DNA from: Microcystis aeruginosa NIES-843
GTDB taxonomy: Bacteria; Cyanobacteriota; Cyanobacteriia; Cyanobacteriales; Microcystaceae
DNA: 32,000 nt
Assembly: GCF_000010625.1 (NCBI RefSeq)
Contig: NC_010296.1
Span: 3,150,001 to 3,182,000 of the forward strand
Reading direction: 5' to 3'
In this document: piece by piece, positions 6,762-17,758 of the stretch
How positions within the stretch are numbered: the stretch's first letter is position 1
How the letters are laid out: each line of letters starts with the position of its first letter
Position numbers and translations under genes: made by a program
The notes under the pieces: model-generated
What the model saw: the letters and a program-made list of their open reading frames with translations, nothing else
Told to the model about the DNA's origin: nothing
The model's database searches: none

Positions 6762-9182
6762 TTAATAAGGCCATTTCCAGTTAGTAATCTCGTCCTTATC
6801 GATACCATTGGTAAAAGCATAATCGAGATTATCGATAATGGCATTTTTCATTCGTTCTTTCACATGACCGGCAGCAGAACCTAATTTCGGCACGCGATCA
6901 ATGACATCGATTACTAAATGAAAACGATCAACTTGGTTACGAATGGCTAATTCTAGGGGAGTATTAATATTCCCCTCTTCTTTGTAACCGCGCACATGAA
7001 TACGTTCTTGATTGCTGCGACGGTAGGTAAGTTTATGAATCAGCCAAGGATAACCGTGGAAATTAAAGATAATTGGCTTATCAGTGGTAAATAAACTATC
7101 AAAATCCCGTTCTGATAAACCGTGAGGGTGTTCACTTTCCGACTGTAATTTAAACAGATCAACCACGTTGATAAAGCGAACTTTTAAGTAAGGGAATTCC
7201 TCCCGCAGAATTGCCGTTGCTGCTAAAGATTCTTTAGTGATAATATCCCCACAGCAAGCCATAATTACATCTGGTTCATCGGGATTAGTTCCATCATCAT
7301 CGTTACTTGCCCAATCCCAAATACCGATACCTTTGGTGCAGTGTTTAATTGCTTCTTCAATGGTCAAGTATTGCAGGTGTTTCTGTTTATCAGCAACGAT
7401 AATATTAGTGTAATCCTTGCTCTTGAGACAGTGATTAGCCACACTTAATAAACAGTTACCATCGGGGGGAAGATAAACCCGCACCACGTCGGCACTTTTA
7501 TTGGTTACTAAATCGATAAAACCGGGGTCTTGGTGACTAAAACCATTGTGATCCTGCCGCCAAACCACCGAGGATAATAACAGATTCCAAGAGGAAACAG
7601 AAGCGCGCCAAGGCACATGATTTTTGCAGATATCGAGCCATTTAGCGTGTTGGTTGAACATGGAATCGATAACGTGGGCAAAAGCTTCGTAGGAGTGAAA
7701 TAAACCGTGACGACCGGATAATAAATAACCCTCTAACCAACCGACTAAAGTATGTTCACTCAGCATCTCCATCACCCGACCATCGGGAGATAATTGACTA
7801 CCATCTAAATCCTCTGGATAGGTATCAGCTAACCAAGCTTTTTTAGTCACTTCATAGAGAGCCGCTAAACGATTGGAAGCAGTTTCATCGGGACCAAAAA
7901 CGCGAAAATTAGTCATATTATTTCGCATTACATCCCGCAAAAATACCCCCATCACTCCCGTGTTTTCTGCTTCCACTTGGCCCGGGTGGGTGACATCTAC
8001 GGCATACTGACGAAAATCGGGCATTTTTAGGTCTTTACGCAGCAATCCGCCGTTAGCGTGCGGATTAGCACTCATGCGACGATGACCCCTAGGAGCCAGT
8101 TCTTTAAATTCTGGCTTAAATTTACCCGTGGTATAGTCAAATAATTCCTCCGGGTTATAGCTTTTCATCCACTCCTCTAATTTTCTCAAGTGTTCGGGGT
8201 TTTCCTGCATGGCACCCATGGGGACTTGGTGAGCGCGCCAGAATCCTTCTACTTTATGACCATCAACGTTTTTCGGACCTGTCCAACCCTTGGGAGACCG
8301 GAGGATAATCATCGGCCAGGGGTAACGTTTAGCCACTCCCGTGCTGCGAGCTTCCTGTTGATAGGAGCGAATCTGATTGATACAGTGTTCTAGGGTAGCG
8401 GCCATTTTTTGATGGCAGTGCATGAGGTCTTCATCTTCCTTACATTCGACGATGTAGGGAGTGTAACCGTAACCGACAAAGAGACTTTCTAACTCGTGGG
8501 TCGAAATACGGGAGAGGATGGTGGGATTAGCGATTTTATAACCGTTTAAGTTTAAAATTGGCAGTACCGCACCATCGCGAATCGGGTTAAGGAATTTATT
8601 CGAGTGCCATGCGGTGGCCAGGGGACCGGTTTCAGCTTCCCCATCACCCACCACCACGGCCGTAATTAGGTCGGGATTGTCAAAAACAGAACCGTAGGCA
8701 TGGGAAACACTATAACCCAGTTCGCCGCCCTCATGGATAGAACCGGGGGTTTCGGGGGTGACGTGACTACCGATGTGACCGGGAAAAGAAAATTGTTTAA
8801 AGAATTTTTGTAATCCTTCCTCGTCTTCACTTTTATCGGGGTAAATTTCCGAATAGGTTCCTTCTAGATAAACCGGACCGAGTACCCCCGGCGCCCCATG
8901 GCCCGGACCGGCCATAAAAATCATATCGAGGTCGTATTTTTTGATTAAACGGTTGAGGTGAACGTAGGTAAAACTTAAGGCCGGACTTGCTCCCCAGTGA
9001 CCAAGTAAACGATACTTAACGTGTTCGGGTTTAAGATGTTCTTTGAGCAGGGGATTATCGCGCAGATAAATCATACCTACAGCTAAATAGTTACAAGCGC
9101 GCCAATAGGCATGGGTTTTGTAGAGTTCGTCTTGAGAAAGGGGATTTTGTTCTGTTAAGGGTCTTTCTGGTGTGAATACCAT
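6762..9182 (-). CDS. xfp: phosphoketolase (xylulose-5-P/fructose-6-P phosphoketolase)
   Basis: 806 aa. Carries the EGGELGYS signature and the [11 protein letters not shown] ThDP-binding motif. Length is typical of XFP. Confidence 0.95.
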   Translation of the reverse strand: MVFTPERPLTEQNPLSQDELYKTHAYWRACNYLAVGMIYLRDNPLLKEHLKPEHVKYRLLGHWGASPALSFTYVHLNRLIKKYDLDMIFMAGPGHGAPGVLGPVYLEGTYSEIYPDKSEDEEGLQKFFKQFSFPGHIGSHVTPETPGSIHEGGELGYSVSHAYGSVFDNPDLITAVVVGDGEAETGPLATAWHSNKFLNPIRDGAVLPILNLNGYKIANPTILSRISTHELESLFVGYGYTPYIVECKEDEDLMHCHQKMAATLEHCINQIRSYQQEARSTGVAKRYPWPMIILRSPKGWTGPKNVDGHKVEGFWRAHQVPMGAMQENPEHLRKLEEWMKSYNPEELFDYTTGKFKPEFKELAPRGHRRMSANPHANGGLLRKDLKMPDFRQYAVDVTHPGQVEAENTGVMGVFLRDVMRNNMTNFRVFGPDETASNRLAALYEVTKKAWLADTYPEDLDGSQLSPDGRVMEMLSEHTLVGWLEGYLLSGRHGLFHSYEAFAHVIDSMFNQHAKWLDICKNHVPWRASVSSWNLLLSSVVWRQDHNGFSHQDPGFIDLVTNKSADVVRVYLPPDGNCLLSVANHCLKSKDYTNIIVADKQKHLQYLTIEEAIKHCTKGIGIWDWASNDDDGTNPDEPDVIMACCGDIITKESLAATAILREEFPYLKVRFINVVDLFKLQSESEHPHGLSERDFDSLFTTDKPIIFNFHGYPWLIHKLTYRRSNQERIHVRGYKEEGNINTPLELAIRNQVDRFHLVIDVIDRVPKLGSAAGHVKERMKNAIIDNLDYAFTNGIDKDEITNWKWPY

Positions 9183-9827
9183 GAATATTTCTCCGAGATC
9201 TATGAAGGATGAGATTAAGAGAGTTGATAGACAATTTCTCCAGATTATCGAGGGGGTTAACCCTCGGTCAGTTTTAAAACTGTAATCAAGAGTCTAACCT
9301 TTTGGGGCGCAAAAAACTATTAAAATAAGCTATATTTTGCCAATCTGACTTGGGGAATTTATGTCAGTCGGGCGGGGTTTTTAAATGGCTTTTAAAGGCA
9401 TATTAATATGTTCTTAACTTAGGTATCAATAAGCTGCCCGCGAATTTAAATTGCCTGTTGAGATGAGGCAAGAGGCACTCTTGCAAGAGGCAAGAGGCAA
9501 CAGTAAAGGGATTGGGGGAGATTCAGCTAATCTAAGAGGATAGGCGGTTAAAATGCGTCTTAGCCTATAATTCTCAGAAAGCTTTTAATGATTTTTTAAT
9601 GTCAGTTTTTTCCAAAAGGCTATATAATCATGTTTTCGTTTGTCGGCAAAGGCCAACATCAGGTTTTCTCGATGCCGGTGGCGGGGAGGACTAGGGTAGC
9701 AAATTTATTATTTTTTATCTTTAGACCTCCTGCAAAAGTAAGTTTTAGAGCCACTATCAGGTCAAAATATCTAAAAAAATCGGATAAATTTGACATAATC
9801 TTAGATTTTATGGATATTATAGTTATC

Positions 9828-9865
<38 letters not shown>

Positions 9866-10029
9866 TCACCTAACGAAAGATTTTTGATTTTTGCAGGAGA
9901 GCTTTTGAAGCACTGAAACTTAAAATCTTTCTATACTTCATCTAGCGATCGATAAAAGCTGATTAGCATATATAGTGATTCTCTACAGGCTAATCAATTC
10001 TCAAATTATTTTTTCTTGATCGTGCCTAA

Positions 10030-11094
<1,065 letters not shown>

Positions 11095-11268
11095 ATCAGT
11101 TATCAGTTATCAGTAAACAGTAACCAGTGATCAGTAAACAGTAAACAGTAACCAGTGAAAAGACAGCACTGTTAATGCCTTTATCACTTAATCCTCAAAT
11201 CTGATAAATGCCTTTATCACTTAATCCTCAAATCTGATAACTGATAACTGATCACTGATAACTGATAA
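11095..11268. repeat. STRR-type heptamer repeats (CAGTNAN / CTGATAA) plus a 33-bp unit duplicated in tandem
   Basis: atcagttatcagttatcagtaaacagtaaccagtgatcagtaaacagtaaacagtaacc. Then aatgcctttatcacttaatcctcaaatctgata x2 (11175-11240). Then ctgataactgataactgatcactgataactgataag. Confidence 0.85.
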
Positions 11269-11269
11269 G

Positions 11270-11638
11270 ATGAATCCAAAATTTAAAGATATTACCGCTT
11301 GGGAACAGGCACAATTGTTAATGCAGCCGGCATTTATTCGGGTGCTGGATAATCTGCGTAAACAGTTAGAAAATTCCCTCTGGAAAGGAACTTATACAGA
11401 AATTCAAGATCCCTATCCCAGTTATCTGCTCTGTTTGACTTATCTCGATCGCTCCGTTACTGTAAATATTTGGGAACTTTGTTTTCAAGTCTGTTTTCTC
11501 GATTATCCCACCGATGAAGGAGAGAGCGTCACCATCGATACCAGTCTCCTCGACCCCACCGGTGAACTAGATTGGCAGAGTTTGGAAACGAAAACCGAGC
11601 GCATTATTAACCGATTATTCGCTAATTTACCCCAATGA
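11270..11638 (+). CDS. conserved hypothetical protein (122 aa)
   Basis: Clean ORF whose stop overlaps the next start (ATGA at 11635-11638), suggesting co-translation with the YgfZ-like gene. No motif recognised. Confidence 0.5.
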   Translation: MNPKFKDITAWEQAQLLMQPAFIRVLDNLRKQLENSLWKGTYTEIQDPYPSYLLCLTYLDRSVTVNIWELCFQVCFLDYPTDEGESVTIDTSLLDPTGELDWQSLETKTERIINRLFANLPQ

Positions 11639-12648
11639 AAGCAGATTTAGAAACGATCAAGGCAGAGTATGCCGCTAATTTTCTCAAAGATTACAGCAAT
11701 GATCCCCAAAGTTTAGCATCCCAAACAATTTTAATCGATCGCTCCGATTGGGGTTTATTAGAATTAAAAGGCCAGGACCGACTGCGTTTTCTCCACAATC
11801 AAACCAGTAACGCGATTGATCGCCTGAAACCGGGTCAGGGTTGTGAGACAATTTTCCTTAACTCTACCGGTCGTACCCTCGATTTTGTCACAGTTTACGC
11901 CAGCGATGATTCCCTCCTCATCCTCGTTTCTCCCCAACGTCGTCAATTTTTACTGGAATTGATCGATCGCTATATTTTCCCCTTCGATAAAGTGGAAATT
12001 AGCGACTTAACCGATAATTTTGCCATTTTTACCCTAATCGGTACTGAAAGCGGGCAATACCTGCAAAAAATCGCCATTCCAGAGCAGATTTTAACGGGGG
12101 TGCAGCATAGTCATTATCTCCTTTCTGACCCCCCCCTGAGAGTGGCCGTCGGCACCGGCTTAGATCTGCCCGGATATACTTTAATCGTTGCCGCCGCCGA
12201 AGCCGGTCCCCTCTGGGAAAATTTAATTAAAAATGGCGTTACTCCCGCCGATGAGCAGGTGTGGGAATACCTGAGAATCCATCAAGGCCGACCGGCAGTC
12301 GATCGAGAATTAACCGAAGACTATAACCCTTTAGAGGCCGGTTTATGGCGAGCGATCGTTTTTGATAAGGGCTGTTATATTGGTCAAGAAACTATCGCCC
12401 GTCTCAACACCTATAAAGGCGTAAAACAAAGACTTTGGGGCATAAAACTCAGCCAACCCGTCCCCAGCAATACCCCGATTATTTTAGAAGCGCAAAAAGT
12501 CGGTTTACTCACCAGTGTGCTGGAGGATTTTGGCTTGGGTTATGTGAAAACAAAAGCGGGAGGAGAGGGTTTAAAAGTACAAATCGGCGAGGCAACAGGA
12601 GAATTAATCCCTTTACCCTTCCTCTCTCACGAATACCCCTTTCAGTGA
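11635..12648 (+). CDS. ygfZ: YgfZ/GcvT-like folate-binding protein
   Basis: Carries the KGCYIGQETIARL signature (KGCYxGQE) of the YgfZ family. Length 337 aa. Confidence 0.8.
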   Translation: MKADLETIKAEYAANFLKDYSNDPQSLASQTILIDRSDWGLLELKGQDRLRFLHNQTSNAIDRLKPGQGCETIFLNSTGRTLDFVTVYASDDSLLILVSPQRRQFLLELIDRYIFPFDKVEISDLTDNFAIFTLIGTESGQYLQKIAIPEQILTGVQHSHYLLSDPPLRVAVGTGLDLPGYTLIVAAAEAGPLWENLIKNGVTPADEQVWEYLRIHQGRPAVDRELTEDYNPLEAGLWRAIVFDKGCYIGQETIARLNTYKGVKQRLWGIKLSQPVPSNTPIILEAQKVGLLTSVLEDFGLGYVKTKAGGEGLKVQIGEATGELIPLPFLSHEYPFQ

Positions 12649-12680
12649 ACAGTAAACAGTAATCAGTGAACAGAACGTAG

Positions 12681-12705
12681 GTTGGGTTGAAGTATGAAAC
12701 CCAAC
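12681..12705. repeat. GTTGGGTT-8nt-AACCCAAC hairpin (common cyanobacterial small repeat)
   Basis: Perfect 8-bp stem in the convergent gap between ygfZ and nadE. I recognise the sequence type as a dispersed cyanobacterial repeat. It may act as a terminator. Confidence 0.4.
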
Positions 12706-12833
12706 GCCCGCCTGGGTTAGTGATAACTCACATCTGATATAGTCATTTCAGATAATTCTGATCCACTCTAGACCGATGAAAACCTTATGAACTCTGGCAT
12801 TTATATTCTCAATCTTAATTGAAATGACTATAG

Positions 12834-12928
12834 CTGATAACTGATAACTGATAACTGATAACTGATAACTGATAACTGATAACTGATAACTGATAACTGA
12901 TAACTGATAACTGATAACTGATAACTGA
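12834..12928. repeat. perfect heptamer array CTGATAA x13 (STRR)
   Basis: Direct reading: 13 perfect units plus a partial ctga, ending 8 bp before the nadE stop codon. Confidence 0.95.
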
Positions 12929-12936
12929 AAAACCCC

Positions 12937-14595
12937 CTAACCCCAGCGACTAGCGATGGGCATTCGCCAACCAGTGCCAAAAGCGCGATCGCTAATTTTT
13001 AGACCGGGAGGGGCTTGTTTGCGCTTAAATTCGGCATTTTTAACTAATTTAATCACTTTCTGCACAATTTCAGGCTCAAAACCGGCGGCAATAATTTGTT
13101 CGGCGGATTGATGGCGATCGATTAATAGTGCTAAAATAGCATCTAAAATCTCGTAGGGAGGTAAAGAATCTTGATCCTTCTGATTGGGTTTTAATTCAGC
13201 ACTAGGAGCTTTATTAATCACATTGAGGGGAATAATTTCCCCGTGCCGATTTAACCAGCGACAGAGGGAATAAACCCTGGTTTTCGGCACATCAGCAATC
13301 ACTGCTAAACCACCATTCATATCACCGTAAAGGGTGCAATATCCCACCGCCATTTCTGATTTATTGCCAGTGGATAATAGTAAATGACCGAATTTATTAG
13401 AGAGAGCCATTAATAAATTACCGCGAATGCGTGACTGAAGATTTTCTTCGGCAATACCAAAATCAGTCCCAGCGAAAACCGGCTCTAAAAGTTGATCATA
13501 AGCGGTCATAATTTCCTGAATTGCTAACTTCTCACTTTTGATACCTAAATTATTAACTAAAGCCACTGCATCGCTAATGGAATGGTCGGAACTATAGGGA
13601 GAAGGCATCATCACAGCGAGAACATTTTCTTTACCTAATGCGTCGCTGGCAATAGCGGCAACTAAACTGGAATCAATGCCACCACTCAAGCCGAAAATTA
13701 CCCGTTTAAAACCGCATTTCTGCACATAATCTCGCACTCCTAAGACTAAGGCTCGATAAATTTCCTCATCTTCATCGACGGGTAAAGGATGAATAACTGC
13801 GGGTAACAAATCTTGATTAAACTCGATCAATTCTAGGCTAGAAGTAAATGCTTGGGCGCGATAAATCACTTCTCCTTGTCTGTTAAAAGCAACGCTGTCA
13901 CCATCAAAAATTAAATCATCATTTCCTCCCACTTGATTGACATAAACTATAGGTAAATTATATCTAGTGGCACTATGGGATAATAAAGATTCTCGCAATT
14001 TTTGCTTACCGACACTGTAGGGAGAAGCGGAAAGATTAACGATTAAATCCACTCCCAAATTAGCTAAATCAGCGATGGGATTAACTGCGTATTGACGTTG
14101 ACCCCAAAATTGTTCATCATTCCAAACATCTTCACAGATAGTTACACCGATTTTTACATTATTTTCTGTTAGTTGAAAATATTGACTTTCTTTCCCAGAA
14201 GCAAAGTAACGATCCTCATCAAAAACATCGTAGGTAGGCAATAAACGTTTAGTAAAAATTTGTTTAATTTCTTGACTTTTCAACAAAGCTATGCTATTAA
14301 ATAGCGGCTTTTCTCCCCTGACCGTTGCCGAGGGATTTTTTTCGACAAAACCGACTAAGACGGCTAACTTTTCTGGTAATTGTTGGGACAATAATTGCAA
14401 TTGTCGAGACATTTTCTCCACAAAACCCAGATTTAATAATAAGTCTCTGGGAGGATAACCACAGAGGGATAATTCCGGGGTTAAAAGTAATTCTGCTCCC
14501 TGATTAAATGCCGTTTGAGCAGCCTCTAAAATTCTTTGGGCATTTCCTTCGATATCTCCAACAATGGGATTTAATTGAGCGATAGCAATTCTCAT
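12937..14595 (-). CDS. nadE: glutamine-dependent NAD+ synthetase
   Basis: N-terminal CN-hydrolase domain (ELSLCGYP, ICEDVW). C-terminal NAD synthetase domain with SGGIDSS. 552 aa. Confidence 0.95.
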   Translation of the reverse strand: MRIAIAQLNPIVGDIEGNAQRILEAAQTAFNQGAELLLTPELSLCGYPPRDLLLNLGFVEKMSRQLQLLSQQLPEKLAVLVGFVEKNPSATVRGEKPLFNSIALLKSQEIKQIFTKRLLPTYDVFDEDRYFASGKESQYFQLTENNVKIGVTICEDVWNDEQFWGQRQYAVNPIADLANLGVDLIVNLSASPYSVGKQKLRESLLSHSATRYNLPIVYVNQVGGNDDLIFDGDSVAFNRQGEVIYRAQAFTSSLELIEFNQDLLPAVIHPLPVDEDEEIYRALVLGVRDYVQKCGFKRVIFGLSGGIDSSLVAAIASDALGKENVLAVMMPSPYSSDHSISDAVALVNNLGIKSEKLAIQEIMTAYDQLLEPVFAGTDFGIAEENLQSRIRGNLLMALSNKFGHLLLSTGNKSEMAVGYCTLYGDMNGGLAVIADVPKTRVYSLCRWLNRHGEIIPLNVINKAPSAELKPNQKDQDSLPPYEILDAILALLIDRHQSAEQIIAAGFEPEIVQKVIKLVKNAEFKRKQAPPGLKISDRAFGTGWRMPIASRWG

Positions 14596-14607
14596 ATTTT
14601 TTCCTAT

Positions 14608-15336
14608 TTAAACAAAAACTAACGGTTGCTCTTTAAAGGGAGCAAAAGCTTTTTCATCAAAGCGATATAAACTAGCCGGACGACCGGCACCACGAGAGAC
14701 TTTTAAACCCATATCCTTGAGAAATCCTAATTTCAATAGCCGATTTCTGAAGTTAGAATAATCACTAAAATTTTTACCTAAAATTGTCTCATAAAATTGA
14801 TAAAGATCATTTAAAGTAAATAATTCTGGTAAAACCTCAAAAGCGACGGGACTATATTCTACTTTATTGCGTAATCTTCGCCAGCCATATTCCAAAATTT
14901 GACCGTGATTAAAGGCTAAATCTGGCACTTTATCAATCATATACCAAGTGATATTATGATCCTGTTCAGTGATTAACTTTGCTTCTTCAAACCGCACTAA
15001 AGCGAAGTAACTCACCGATAGATAACGTTTCCCAAAACTCTCGGCCGCTGCCGGGGAATCTCCCTCTGGACCGCCAAAAGTATATAACTGTTCCAGATAG
15101 AGATTATTGACACTAATTTTCTCGGCTAAAATTCGATAGGCCGCCGTTTCCAGTGATTCCCCATTTCTCACTAAAGTCCCGGGTAAACTCCAGTAATTAC
15201 TAAAGGGTTCTTCCCGTCGTTTAATCAGAAGCACCAGCAGCCGATTTAATTGGGTATCAACGGAAAAGATCACGTTATCAACTCCGACTTTAAAATCAGC
15301 TAGAGATTTATTAGCTAGGGTCTTTTGCGGTTTCAT
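14608..15336 (-). CDS. nrtR: NrtR-like Nudix-related transcriptional regulator (Nudix-like ADPR-binding domain plus C-terminal winged HTH)
   Basis: WSLPGTLVRNGESLETAAYRILAEK Nudix-like fold, LAFNHGQILEYGWRRLRNKVEYS, and a C-terminal FRNRLLKLGFL...GRPASLYRF winged-HTH signature. Sits between nadD and nadE. Its start overlaps the nadD stop (ATGA). Confidence 0.75.
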   Translation of the reverse strand: MKPQKTLANKSLADFKVGVDNVIFSVDTQLNRLLVLLIKRREEPFSNYWSLPGTLVRNGESLETAAYRILAEKISVNNLYLEQLYTFGGPEGDSPAAAESFGKRYLSVSYFALVRFEEAKLITEQDHNITWYMIDKVPDLAFNHGQILEYGWRRLRNKVEYSPVAFEVLPELFTLNDLYQFYETILGKNFSDYSNFRNRLLKLGFLKDMGLKVSRGAGRPASLYRFDEKAFAPFKEQPLVFV

Positions 15337-15920
15337 GCGTAAAGTTTTTGACCTTCGATATAATCTTTAATCGGTGCAGGAACAGCCTGTTTATCGCCTT
15401 TTTCTCGATAATCTGTTGAGGATACAGCCGGAGCAAATACATCAGCAATTAGACAATCACCCCCTAATGTTTGCAGTTGTTCAATATCATCTTGATTAAT
15501 AGGATAGCCTGGACGAGGAATCACGAGAATTTTGACTTTTTCTAGTAATTCTTGGCTGCGATACCAGTGCCTAATTTGTCCGGCTAAATCGGAACCAATG
15601 ACTAGGGTATATTCCTCCTGTTCTCCCCAAATTGCTCGCGCTTTTTCCACACTAATTAAGCTACGTCGATCGCTTAATTCTCGTCGCAGTTGTATATTAT
15701 CCCTTGGGGGTTGAATATCCCGGATGAGCAAATTTAACATCCTCAGACGATGTTCGAGACTGGTTTGATGATTTTTAAAGGGATTATCGGCGGCCCAAAC
15801 TGCAACGATATCGTACTGTTCCGATAACCATTTTAGTATGGCTTGATGACCGGCAGTAGGAGGATCGGCACTGGTTCCAAAAAGGGCAATTTTAAGCATA
15901 GGATTCAATTGCTTGCTCAC
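15333..15920 (-). CDS. nadD: nicotinate-nucleotide adenylyltransferase
   Basis: GTSADPPTAGHQAIL (HxGH-type motif) and VSSTDYR (ISSTxxR-type motif). 195 aa. Confidence 0.85.
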   Translation of the reverse strand: MSKQLNPMLKIALFGTSADPPTAGHQAILKWLSEQYDIVAVWAADNPFKNHQTSLEHRLRMLNLLIRDIQPPRDNIQLRRELSDRRSLISVEKARAIWGEQEEYTLVIGSDLAGQIRHWYRSQELLEKVKILVIPRPGYPINQDDIEQLQTLGGDCLIADVFAPAVSSTDYREKGDKQAVPAPIKDYIEGQKLYA

Positions 15921-16004
15921 TGAGGGATTAGTTTAAGTCTGCTCAAGCTTGGCAAAGATTAACTTCTCCCCATTATAGTTGATTTTACCAAAATAGGGCA
16001 AGAG

Positions 16005-16049
16005 GATCAGTGATCAGTAATCAGTGATCAGTAATCAGTGATCAGTGAA
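16005..16049. repeat. STRR heptamers (GATCAGT/AATCAGT)
   Basis: gatcagtgatcagtaatcagtgatcagtaatcagtgatcagtga. Confidence 0.85.
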
Positions 16050-16139
16050 GTTTTGCGACGAGTGGGCTGCTATTAACTTAACAGAAAATTCCCTAACACT
16101 TGGCCGTTCTGAATAGGGGAGATTGCGTCTAATTGCAAA

Positions 16140-16415
16140 GGGTGCATCTCACATTTGCAGAAATACCGACAATCAGCACTTATCAGTGACTCTTAAATTG
16201 GTACAAAAATATGAACAATCGCGTGTAAGCATCCCACCGAAAAGCTAATGCGCGGGGGGTTTGGGGGCGGCGCCACGCCCCCAACGGGGGGTTTGGGGGG
16301 TAGAACCCCCCAAAGGCTTGGATTGAGTGATAAAATCGGAAGTAATGCCCGATTTTAAAAGAGAGTTTCCCCGTAAAAATCCCAATTGGTAGATTGACAA
16401 AAATGAGATGCACCT
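16140..16415. mobile_element. MITE (about 276 bp) with GC-rich internal hairpins
   Basis: Termini are gGGTGCATCTCA and TGAGATGCACCt. A perfect 8-bp direct repeat ATTGCAAA flanks it (16132-16139 and 16416-16423). The interior carries GGGGGCG-gcgcca-CGCCCCC and GGGGGG-tagaa-CCCCCC hairpins. Track ORF 16183-16413 lies wholly inside. Confidence 0.7.
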
Positions 16416-16430
16416 ATTGCAAAAAGATAC

Positions 16431-17021
16431 TTATTCTTGAATAAGAGCATAATCATAATGCTCCAAAATTTCACCTAAACAGGATGAATTATCATCGTAT
16501 AAATTACCTAAGTTGTCTTCTTGCAAATGGTTTCTAACCCGATCAAAAAGCCCAACGGAATAGACACTATCATCATGACGAGAACGGTATCTAATCCCAT
16601 CTACTCCTTGGGGATGTTCCCAAATTGCCTGCCCCCAAGTCCGACAATATTCATAATCACCAGAAGAAATGCGGGCATCTATTCCTATGCGAACAAGGGC
16701 CGGCCCCGTTAAGTCGGCCAACACTAAAGTGCGATCGCTTCTAATTCTAAAAAGATTTCTATTTCTTAGGGCTGTAACGGTTACGGCTCCGTCAAATGTT
16801 CGTCCAAAACATTCAATAAAGGTACTGTACTCATCACCCACATAGAGAAGCCCATAGCCCTGATTTGGCCCATCGAAACGACCGCTACCACTGCGGTCAA
16901 AATGAAGACTAGAAAGGTGTCCGGTTTTATTTAATCTTAGCCAGGGGCCTGGGGTTTCAATGACGGGCAATTGACGCTGACTAAAATCGTCTGGTGGGAG
17001 GGGAAAAGGAGGCAAACCCAT
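16431..17021 (-). CDS. RES-domain toxin (Xre-RES / MbcT-like family)
   Basis: SGRFDGP...LLYVGDEYSTFIECF...IRYRSRHDDSVYSVGLF follows the R-E-S conserved-residue layout. The start codon overlaps the stop of the upstream antitoxin-like gene. Confidence 0.8.
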   Translation of the reverse strand: MGLPPFPLPPDDFSQRQLPVIETPGPWLRLNKTGHLSSLHFDRSGSGRFDGPNQGYGLLYVGDEYSTFIECFGRTFDGAVTVTALRNRNLFRIRSDRTLVLADLTGPALVRIGIDARISSGDYEYCRTWGQAIWEHPQGVDGIRYRSRHDDSVYSVGLFDRVRNHLQEDNLGNLYDDNSSCLGEILEHYDYALIQE

Positions 17022-17461
17022 TACGCCGCGCTATGACTCCCGTAGCACTTAGCGGCCAAAACCACTGGCTCGATTTCTCCCTTTTGGAGTTTTTCTAGCG
17101 GGGTTGCTCCCTCTAAACGAATATCACCCGTAAGCAGAAAGATCATTTGTGTCCAAGCACCGTCTTCTTTTAGGACGGCTAACACTTGGTCTAAACCTGA
17201 CAAAACTTTGCCATCAATAAATTGCCAAGCAGGATAAACTAATTCTTCGTTGACAGATAAACCTAAGATCTGATGATTGAGCCTCATAGTTTCTAATTCC
17301 AAAGAACTACAGGCTAAAACACTACAAACCTCAGCGCTGGTTAAGGTTCCGCCTTGCTTAGATAGGAACCGCTTCTTCGCTTCTTCGCCTCGTTTAATGG
17401 CAGCCTCCAACGCAGGGGCCAAAGCTAAAGGAGATTGTGTTTTTTGTATAGATTCTAACAT
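17021..17461 (-). CDS. Xre/MbcA/ParS-like antitoxin (C-terminal DUF2384-type domain)
   Basis: The C-terminal WTQMIFLLTGDIRLEGATPLEKLQKGEIEPVVLAAKCYG fits the DUF2384 pattern and is paired with RES. Likely start is ATG 17461 (MLESIQ...); the track ORF extends to 17494. Confidence 0.7.
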   Translation of the reverse strand: MLESIQKTQSPLALAPALEAAIKRGEEAKKRFLSKQGGTLTSAEVCSVLACSSLELETMRLNHQILGLSVNEELVYPAWQFIDGKVLSGLDQVLAVLKEDGAWTQMIFLLTGDIRLEGATPLEKLQKGEIEPVVLAAKCYGSHSAA

Positions 17462-17518
17462 TTTTAAGCTAATAAGAAATAATAATTTTGGCAAGACCTT
17501 AATCAGACGATCCTTTCC

Positions 17519-17758
17519 TTATATCGCCAATTCTCGGCAAGGAATTCTATGCTCCAGAATCATCGCAGCCATCTCATAGGTAAAAATATCTAAGTGTCCC
17601 CCTTCAGGAGCCTGAAAACAAAACTCTTCGCCCGGCTCAACAACTACCTCCCGCCATTTTGCTATCAAGTCAACGTTATTTCTGAGAATAGCCATTTTTC
17701 CCGTGTTGTTTACATATACACAGTTGATAATTGCTTGATTAACAGTTGCATTCGACAT
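17519..17758 (-). CDS. hypothetical protein (79 aa from ATG 17758), first gene of the apparent RES-Xre transcription unit
   Basis: GGAGGGG lies 6 nt upstream of ATG 17758-17756 (MSNATVNQAIINCVYV...). There is a 57-bp gap to the antitoxin start. No recognisable motif. Confidence 0.4.
   Translation of the reverse strand: MSNATVNQAIINCVYVNNTGKMAILRNNVDLIAKWREVVVEPGEEFCFQAPEGGHLDIFTYEMAAMILEHRIPCRELAI

Noticed and set aside
8190-8393. Short ORFs antisense to or overlapping large conserved genes. Examples: 8190-8393, 10006-10308, 10335-10619, 11764-11946, 12435-12662, 14325-14507, 15532-15714, 16521-16712, 17277-17579, 17594-17836, 20000-20203, 20478-20717, 22367-22558, 23510-24042, 24473-24673, 26146-26465, 26844-27210, 27473-27694, 28233-28661, 29278-29463, 31263-31445 and 31641-31862.
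   Set aside because: Each lies within or opposite a CDS that has strong motif support.
12737-12833. 13-bp inverted repeat TATAGTCATTTCA ... TGAAATGACTATA spaced about 70 bp apart, as a possible mini-MITE in the ygfZ-nadE gap.
   Set aside because: No clear target-site duplication and no second copy in the window. It is noted as a possibility only.
12834-12928. Tandem repeat arrays as CRISPR.
   Set aside because: The period is 7 bp with no spacers. No array in the window has the 25-40 bp repeat plus unique spacer structure, and no cas genes are present.
16183-16413. Track ORF of 76 aa (MHLIFVNL...).
   Set aside because: It lies entirely inside the MITE at 16140-16415 and is composed of G/C-run hairpin sequence.
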